Source: an uncultured Bacteroidales bacterium (GTDB lineage Bacteria; Bacteroidota; Bacteroidia; Bacteroidales; JAIORY01). From it: a stretch of DNA of 53,469 nucleotides. The stretch spans positions 1 through 53,469 of the forward strand of contig CAYOKJ010000004.1 of assembly GCA_964404485.1 (NCBI GenBank), in the 5' to 3' direction. Position 1 is the stretch's first letter. The number at the start of each line of letters is the position of its first letter. Positions 46,827 through 53,469 of the stretch are shown piece by piece. Under the pieces are notes generated by a model. That model was not told the DNA's origin and ran no database searches. It saw only the letters and a program-made list of their open reading frames with translations. The translations under genes were made by a program, and so were the position numbers.

Positions 46827-47642
46827 TTATCCTTTAATACCTGATGAAGCCATACTTCTGATAAAATGTTTTTGAAAAATTGCATAAGTAATAATTATTG
46901 GTAAAGCCAATAAAACTGCTGAAGCCAGTTTAACACCTAATTGGGCTTCTGCTCTTCCACCAACCGCAAATAATGTAACCAATTGTGGCATTGTCATAAG
47001 GTTTTCATCGCGAATAACTATCAACGGCCATAAAACATCATTCCATGAATTCATAAACGATATTATTCCAACTGTAATAATTGTAGGAATAATATTTGGC
47101 CACAATACCTGAAAAATAATCCTAAGCTCGCTACAGCCATCAACGCGTGCTGCATCAATCAAATCGCGTGGAATACTTTTAAAAGCTTGGCGAAACATAA
47201 TAATAGCAAAAGCACTATTAAGTGCAGGAATTATTAAGGCTGCAAATGTGTTTACCCATCTGAATTTAACCATTAAAATATAATTGGGGATTAGAGTTAT
47301 TTGAAAGGGTAAAGTCATAGTAAATATTATAATGAAAAAAAGTAAATCACGACCCTTAAATTCCAATTTAGCAAGAGAATAACCAATCATGGAACCAAAT
47401 ACTAAAACTCCGGATGTTGAACAAAGTGCAACAAATAAACTATTAAATAATGATTTCCAGATTGGGATTTTCTGAAACATCATTAGATAATTTTTAAAGT
47501 TAATTTCGCGAGGTACAAAAGAGAATTCGCCAATCAGAGATTCGGGGGTTAAAGACGCAACAATCATCCAATAAAATGGGTAAATAAATGATATCGTTGC
47601 GCAAATAAGCAAAATATATAATATGACTTTACTAAGTTTCAT
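46827..47642 (-). CDS. Carbohydrate ABC transporter permease (MalG type)
   Basis: YPFYWM, EAA loop DLIDAARVDGCSELRI, WNDVLWPL. Confidence 0.95.
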   Translation of the reverse strand: MKLSKVILYILLICATISFIYPFYWMIVASLTPESLIGEFSFVPREINFKNYLMMFQKIPIWKSLFNSLFVALCSTSGVLVFGSMIGYSLAKLEFKGRDLLFFIIIFTMTLPFQITLIPNYILMVKFRWVNTFAALIIPALNSAFAIIMFRQAFKSIPRDLIDAARVDGCSELRIIFQVLWPNIIPTIITVGIISFMNSWNDVLWPLIVIRDENLMTMPQLVTLFAVGGRAEAQLGVKLASAVLLALPIIITYAIFQKHFIRSMASSGIKG

Positions 47643-47646
47643 TTAA

Positions 47647-48516
47647 TTATTTTTCATTTTCAATTGTATATTTTTGAATTACTACAACAAGCATTATTAT
47701 CATAGCAAAAAATACTCCCAATGTTGCAGAATATCCCATGTGATAATATTCAAATGCTTGTTTATAAATATATAGCATAGCTGATAATGTGCTGTTTAAA
47801 GGACCGCCACCGGTCATTACGTATGGTTCAATAAATAAACTAAATCCACCAATAGTTGATAAGATAGTTACCATAAAAATAGTTGGATTTATAGAAGGCA
47901 GGGTTATATACCGAAATTTTTGCCAAGAGCTTGCACCTTCAACATCAGCCGCTTCATAGTACATTTGAGGAACAGTTTGCAATCCTATTAAAAATAAAAT
48001 TACATAAAGTCCCACATTTTTCCATGTAGCCATTAACGCTATTGAGGTCATTGCCATGTTTTTGTTTGTCAACCAACCTACTTTTCCAGCACCCATGTCC
48101 ATAAGGATTTTATTTAAAAGACCTGAATCATAAGCAAATAATTGTTGCCATAATATTGTAACAACAACCCCAGATATTACTACCGGCAGAAAAAATGCAG
48201 CTCTGAAAAATCCCCGCATCATTATTTTTTTGTTAAGCAAATATGCCAAAACTAGTGCTACAACTATTTGTAAAGGAATATGAACTAATAAAAATATTAT
48301 TGTGTTGATAATAGCTTTTAGAAATAACCGATCCTGAAAAAGTCTTATAAAATTATCAAAGCCAACATATTCCATTGATGAAATAATATTCCATTTATGA
48401 AATGTAAGGACTAATGAAAAAATCACAGGAAATACAATAAACAGAAATAAATGTATTAAGTATGGCGAAACCATTAAATAAGGAAATATTCTTTTTTTGA
48501 AACCTTTTTTTTTCAT
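47647..48516 (-). CDS. Carbohydrate ABC transporter permease (MalF type)
   Basis: YVGFDNF, FFLPVV, EAA loop YYEAADVEGASSWQKF, MTGGGP. Confidence 0.95.
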   Translation of the reverse strand: MKKKGFKKRIFPYLMVSPYLIHLFLFIVFPVIFSLVLTFHKWNIISSMEYVGFDNFIRLFQDRLFLKAIINTIIFLLVHIPLQIVVALVLAYLLNKKIMMRGFFRAAFFLPVVISGVVVTILWQQLFAYDSGLLNKILMDMGAGKVGWLTNKNMAMTSIALMATWKNVGLYVILFLIGLQTVPQMYYEAADVEGASSWQKFRYITLPSINPTIFMVTILSTIGGFSLFIEPYVMTGGGPLNSTLSAMLYIYKQAFEYYHMGYSATLGVFFAMIIMLVVVIQKYTIENEK

Positions 48517-48589
48517 ACTACATTTTTTATCCCCAATTTTTAGAAAATTACATTATTTAGAGTTTATCATAAAATTAATATTTTAAAAA

Positions 48590-49885
48590 TCATGGTTTTA
48601 CTCTAAGTAAAATGTTTACTGCCTTTTCAGCATCATCAATAGCTTTTTCAGGACTTTTTAAATTGTACAAAACGCAGGCTTCGTACTCTTGCGAAATAAT
48701 ATCTAAAACCTCTGTGATTACCTCACAATTGTCAATTCCTTTTACGTACTTTGCTTGTTCTGCAAAAACTTTGAGTTTAGGATTATTTTTAAAAAATTTC
48801 TGATACATAACAATTGTGTCAATTCCTTTCCGTCTTGGCAGTTGCTTTGATAGTGCAAGAAATAGTGAATCACCATGATTATCGACCATAGTTTTAATAA
48901 ATTCAAAAGCCAATTGAGGATTTTTGCAGGTATTAAAAATTACAATGGATTTTGGATCGCAATAAGTGTAAATCGGACCTTTATGATTTTCAGGAACAGG
49001 AATATTTGTAAAATTATAATTCAAATTATCCGGTTTAAATTTATCCAGATATTTTATTTCCCATGGACCTGTGAACTTTGAAAATACTTTTTGGCTAATA
49101 AACTTGTCCTGTCCAGCTGCCTGCTGATCCTTAGTAAAATAGTCATTTTTATATATTGTTTGCAGAAACCTAAATGCCTGAATGGCATATTCGTTATTAA
49201 AGGCAGCTTTATTGTCTGCTAAAAGTGGCATACCATCTGAGGCTGCCACATACAAGGGATAAAAGTTAAATAAACGTTGATACCATACAGTTTTTGTAGA
49301 AGTAATTCCCATCCATTGATCAATATAACCATCACCGTTATTATCTTTTTTTATTTGTTTTGCTACTTCAAAAAACTTATTATATGAAAGAGGTTCTTCG
49401 TCAATTCCCAACCCTTCCTTAATCGAATTATTATACAAAGTCATTATAGGATTTATTTTCCACGGTATCTGATAAATATGGCCATCGTTTGATGTAACTT
49501 CCAGAATAGTTTCTTCATTGCATCGCAAACGTAAAAATTCAATAAAACCATCAAGTGTATCTAAGGGTATAAGAATATTTGCCTTAGCATAAAATTCGAC
49601 CGAACCTTGCCACATATTAGAATAAATATCAGAAGTGGTTTTTCCGACCACAGCTGCGAGAACAATTTCTTCGCTTGATTGACCTTCAGGAACTGGCTGA
49701 TAACTAATTTTTTCATTAGGATGTGAAAGATTCCAATTTTTGACTAATATTTTTGAAAATTCAATTTCACTATTATTACTTGATGACCAATAGCTTAAAC
49801 TATTTCCACTATTTGAATTATTTTGAGTACAACTACCCAAAATAATCAACATAAAAATTATTAAGAAATTAAACTTTGAATTCAT
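48590..49885 (-). CDS. Carbohydrate ABC transporter solute-binding lipoprotein
   Basis: Lipobox LGSC; family-1 SBP features (LIPLD, YQIPW, FTGPW, AFEFIK); directly upstream of two permeases. Confidence 0.9.
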   Translation of the reverse strand: MNSKFNFLIIFMLIILGSCTQNNSNSGNSLSYWSSSNNSEIEFSKILVKNWNLSHPNEKISYQPVPEGQSSEEIVLAAVVGKTTSDIYSNMWQGSVEFYAKANILIPLDTLDGFIEFLRLRCNEETILEVTSNDGHIYQIPWKINPIMTLYNNSIKEGLGIDEEPLSYNKFFEVAKQIKKDNNGDGYIDQWMGITSTKTVWYQRLFNFYPLYVAASDGMPLLADNKAAFNNEYAIQAFRFLQTIYKNDYFTKDQQAAGQDKFISQKVFSKFTGPWEIKYLDKFKPDNLNYNFTNIPVPENHKGPIYTYCDPKSIVIFNTCKNPQLAFEFIKTMVDNHGDSLFLALSKQLPRRKGIDTIVMYQKFFKNNPKLKVFAEQAKYVKGIDNCEVITEVLDIISQEYEACVLYNLKSPEKAIDDAEKAVNILLRVKP

Positions 49886-49891
49886 CTGTTT

Positions 49892-52800
49892 TTATTTAAT
49901 AACAACTAATTTTTTATTTACAAAATTCTTCTCGCTATTTATCCGAATGAAATATATTCCAGATTTAATTCCACTCAAATTTAAAATAAAATTTTCCCCG
50001 GCATAATTTTTCCAGTTCCCTATCAGGACATTTCTACCTGAGCTGTTAAATAACTGGTAGGAACAATTTTTTCCAAAATTGTTATCAGCTTCAATAATTA
50101 CAGCATTAAAAGCAGGGTTGGGGAAAAGATTAATTAAATATTCTGCTTCATTTTCATTAATGCGGTCAACCCCTAACTCGTACATTTCAAGCACATCAGA
50201 AGGAGCAATAGCATGGTCAAAAAGATAAACATCATCAAGCCGTCCTTTAAAATAATAATTCTGATCGGGGCGAGATTTTCCTAAAACTAAATCGTATGTT
50301 GTAGAATTGATAGACCCTGAAGCAGGAATAAAAGAATCCAATTGTCCGTTGATATATAATTCCATATCAGTACCGGTGTAAATCATTGTAAAAAAGAACC
50401 ATTTGTCTTGTGAAAGAAGGGTTTTGGAATCCAAATCATAAATACCTTCATTCGTATTTATTGTAAATCTCAATATATCGCTACTAATAGAAACTTTCCA
50501 TCGTCCCGTCCAATTTCCATGTGATATCGGATAAGCTTCTCTTCCTGCATCGTTTTGAGAATAAATCCAAGCTGATAAAGTTAAAGAATTATTAAAATTG
50601 AGCCAATCGGCATTTTCAATATATACTGATGAGCTTTGACCATTAAAATTTGCTGCAAATAGAGGATTGCCTTTAGAATCGGTTTCGTAGCTCAAACTAT
50701 TGGAAGTAACAATATTATTAAATTGACTATAATCGGTAATATTATTATTAAAAGGTAAATATAAAACCGGTTCTTCCTTAATTAATACGCTTAAATCGCG
50801 AACCATTATTTTAATGCTATCTGTGCATTCACCATCAATATCAGAAACGGTACAAACAATTGTATAATTACCATAATTTGATGGTGATGTCCAATTTATT
50901 GAATCTCCACTACCTTCAATTGTACCAAAATCTGATGACCATGAATATGAAATTTCATCGCCATTTAGTTCATTAACAAAGCAAAATATTTCAGAAGTTT
51001 GATTGATATCAATTTTCCCGGGATGTGCTTGCAAAGATTTTATTTCCGGGATGTATGGAATTCTTTCAACAACAGATAAAATAATACTTGTTGAATCTTC
51101 CAAACCACTACCAGAAATAATTTTACATTTTATCGGATAATCTCCGATTTCATAAGGGGCTTTCGCCGAAAGTTTTTCATTTGATATAATCCAGTTATTC
51201 TCAAATTCCCAATGATATTCTATAACATCATTATCAATATCTTCGGCACTGCAAAATACAAATATTGAATCTCCGGTTACAACCGGATTTTGAATTGCCT
51301 GTAATGCTTTTATCCGTGGAGGTGTGTCAACAACTAATTCACCATTATTAAAATCAATTACAATATTATTGGCCAAAGTTTTTTTACCAACAATTTGAAT
51401 TACAGCATTATTAGGAACAAGAGTAATAACAACCGAATTGGAAGCGGGAATAGAAATTTGGACTAATCCGCTTACATCATTTTGAATAAAAATATTATTG
51501 ATAGAATTGTAAATATCACAAATTTGCGAACCAATATTAATAGAAACTACTGTATCTAAATCGTAAGGATTCCACATCAAGTAAGATGGAAATTTTTCCG
51601 CATAAAAATCGGTTTTTGTAAGATTAAGTTTCAGAATTGCACTTACATTAGTTGTATCAACAATTCCGCCAAGGTAACCTACATGCGATGAACCATAGAG
51701 TGCCAGATTGGTTGGTGACCAACCATTTGCCAGAGCATCACCGGTAGAAAATGGACTCTTCCCATTAAATACTTCTTTCAGAGCTTCGTGACCTATGCAA
51801 CTAAATGGATCATTTTCGTAAGACCATTCCTCACTATCTTGATGGTCATCAGGTAAAAATCCGGGGTAAAAAAGCCGAGAAGAATTTGCCAGATTCAATA
51901 TCCATTTTCCCATTGAATTTGCATAATATTCATTGTAATTAACTAAGGGAAGTAATGCAGCTGCTTGTTGAAAGCCATTCATTAAAAAAGCATAATCATT
52001 TCCCAAATCGTTGGCTTCGCCAACCAAACCGGAACAATCATAATTTCCCCATTGACCAACAATAGTTCCCCAACCGCGCAGGTCACCGCGATTAAAAACC
52101 CAGTTAATCATTTTTTCAACGTCGTAGTTAGTACCAATTTCAGCATTCATACATGCAGCTGTAAATACACCATAAGGTAATTGTATCTCATAAGAAGGGT
52201 TTAGTTCAAGACTATTAAGAAATTCCATTGCCCATTCCGCACCTATTAAATATTTACTTTCATTTGTTTTGCGATATGCATTATAAAGTATCCAAGCTAT
52301 TGCACCAGCAGCTTCCGGCTCATTAACGCCTGATGCAAGAGGTTTCATTTGTTTCATATTCCAAGCCCGATAATTCATATTTGGTATTTGCCAAGGAGTA
52401 AGACTCCCCCCCATTACGTCAACAGCTTGAAGCCATCGGTCAGCAACTTTTGTAAATTGGTAATCAAAATCGCCTGTATTAGGATACAAAGCATTTAATT
52501 GATAAAAAAAGACATTTGGCATAGTTTCGTACCACCAATCATTTCCGCTACTTGTTACCGGGAAGTTTAAATAAACATTTTCATCTTCTCTTCTATTAAA
52601 GAAGTCTTCGGCCATTAGAACCCAGTTTTTTCCGTATTGATTGCTTTTGTTGATACCTGAAATTGTAGCGCCAACAATTGCCGGTATATAGTTTATTCCT
52701 TCTGCTGAGGCTCCCAAGTTTTGACCAACATAGGAAACCATTGCAACACCAGGGTGTTCCGGATAATTAATTGCTTGCTGATTTATCCCAACTAGTGGTA

Positions 52801-52993
52801 AATATTCCCCTGATAAATTTATATTAAAAACCAAAGAATCATATTCATGGGCAAGCTGATTCCAATTACGCATCAAATAGGGCTGGGGAATGTCCGGCAT
52901 TTGTTCAATTCTCTCAATAATAATTTGTTGTGCAAATAAAATATTTATGCAACACATCAATATAAATATTGAAATTAAGCTTTTAATGTTCAT
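49892..52993 (-). CDS. T9SS-secreted multidomain protein: unknown N-terminal domain, two Ig/PKD-like repeats, LamG, CTD
   Basis: Signal peptide from ATG 52993; about 550-aa Trp/Asn-rich N-domain; repeats PPRIKALQA / IPEIKSLQA; LamG (LTLSAWI, FKGRLDDVYLF); CTD LFPNP...SGIYFI...KKLVVIK. Confidence 0.85.
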   Translation of the reverse strand: MNIKSLISIFILMCCINILFAQQIIIERIEQMPDIPQPYLMRNWNQLAHEYDSLVFNINLSGEYLPLVGINQQAINYPEHPGVAMVSYVGQNLGASAEGINYIPAIVGATISGINKSNQYGKNWVLMAEDFFNRREDENVYLNFPVTSSGNDWWYETMPNVFFYQLNALYPNTGDFDYQFTKVADRWLQAVDVMGGSLTPWQIPNMNYRAWNMKQMKPLASGVNEPEAAGAIAWILYNAYRKTNESKYLIGAEWAMEFLNSLELNPSYEIQLPYGVFTAACMNAEIGTNYDVEKMINWVFNRGDLRGWGTIVGQWGNYDCSGLVGEANDLGNDYAFLMNGFQQAAALLPLVNYNEYYANSMGKWILNLANSSRLFYPGFLPDDHQDSEEWSYENDPFSCIGHEALKEVFNGKSPFSTGDALANGWSPTNLALYGSSHVGYLGGIVDTTNVSAILKLNLTKTDFYAEKFPSYLMWNPYDLDTVVSINIGSQICDIYNSINNIFIQNDVSGLVQISIPASNSVVITLVPNNAVIQIVGKKTLANNIVIDFNNGELVVDTPPRIKALQAIQNPVVTGDSIFVFCSAEDIDNDVIEYHWEFENNWIISNEKLSAKAPYEIGDYPIKCKIISGSGLEDSTSIILSVVERIPYIPEIKSLQAHPGKIDINQTSEIFCFVNELNGDEISYSWSSDFGTIEGSGDSINWTSPSNYGNYTIVCTVSDIDGECTDSIKIMVRDLSVLIKEEPVLYLPFNNNITDYSQFNNIVTSNSLSYETDSKGNPLFAANFNGQSSSVYIENADWLNFNNSLTLSAWIYSQNDAGREAYPISHGNWTGRWKVSISSDILRFTINTNEGIYDLDSKTLLSQDKWFFFTMIYTGTDMELYINGQLDSFIPASGSINSTTYDLVLGKSRPDQNYYFKGRLDDVYLFDHAIAPSDVLEMYELGVDRINENEAEYLINLFPNPAFNAVIIEADNNFGKNCSYQLFNSSGRNVLIGNWKNYAGENFILNLSGIKSGIYFIRINSEKNFVNKKLVVIK

Positions 52994-53258
52994 TTTAATT
53001 TGTTTATATAACAAACGCCAGATTGTGTCGCAAATAATTATACGTTACTACTATTTCAATTGACTCAATATTAAAAAGGATATCTGAAACAATAATCAAT
53101 TTGAGAAAATTTTTTTTACCAAAATGTTTCAAACACCCTTTTTACTATTGATAGCGGAATAATTAAATCATTAATTACATGTTATAATTCACAAAATAAT
53201 AAGTTTATTACAAAAAGTAATTAGCATTTAAATAATTCCCTGTTCTATGCCTTAAGTA

Positions 53259-53469
53259 TTATAAAGGTTTTTCAAGATTGTAAATAGATGTAACTTCTTG
53301 ACCAGTTAATACTCTGTTATATAATCTAACATCATCAAGTTTTCCTTTGAAATAACCTCCCCAGTTAACATAATAAGGACTTGTGTCATCAGTTGAATAA
53401 ATATCTGTTGGCAAATCTTGTCCCATGGTTAAATTAATTGGCTCATTGCTAATATTCAATATAGCTGCA
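53259..53469 (-). CDS. C-terminal fragment of a LamG-domain protein (gene starts beyond the window)
   Basis: YFKGKLDDVRLYNRVLT is a typical LamG C-terminus; the frame runs to the window edge. Confidence 0.75.
   Translation of the reverse strand, partial: AAILNISNEPINLTMGQDLPTDIYSTDDTSPYYVNWGGYFKGKLDDVRLYNRVLTGQEVTSIYNLEKPL

Noticed and set aside
124-48803. Many short ORFs (60-146 aa) in the track that overlap longer genes on the opposite strand or in another frame (e.g. 124-309, 1616-1852, 9783-10160, 14593-14937, 25659-26099, 41994-42281)
   Set aside because: They lie fully within or across well-supported CDSs, have no recognisable motifs, and look like shadow ORFs of an AT-rich genome

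Overview
AT-rich chromosomal window from a Bacteroidota bacterium, probably Bacteroidales-like. This is supported by TAnnTTTG -7 promoter boxes, a T9SS C-terminal sorting domain, rpsF-rpsR-rplI without ssb/priB, and nqrA-F plus apbE. Left to right: tungstate/molybdate ABC permease and ATPase (Wtp-like); a TPR-TM-LuxR regulator and an ECF sigma factor; a 9-kb co-oriented run (trans-3-hydroxyproline dehydratase, S28/S37 and C69 peptidases, SGNH esterase, CutC, sugar MFS, nucleotidyltransferase, NahK/AmgK-like kinase); an M13 peptidase; dnaX; a tightly coupled 7-gene operon built around a DltA/DltC-like adenylation enzyme and carrier protein but with no DltB/DltD; a MacB-type permease; an LruC-like lipoprotein; a DUF5103/T9SS-plug-like protein; the Na+-NQR operon with apbE and a small 4-Cys membrane protein; a REP/REPIN-like hairpin cluster; a TrmH methylase; rplI-rpsR-rpsF; and a 13-kb minus-strand glycan locus (three GH130-like enzymes, a complete CUT1 sugar ABC importer, an unknown alpha/alpha lipoprotein and a T9SS-secreted LamG protein). 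The best novelty candidates are the DltB/D-less aminoacyl-carrier operon, the ABC+GH130 mannoside locus, a dnaX A8 slippery site that would yield a gamma subunit, the GTAG-loop REPIN-like element and a 53-bp dispersed repeat. No rRNA, tRNA, CRISPR array, integrase or transposase was recognised. All functional calls come from motif recognition by eye; no database searches were run.
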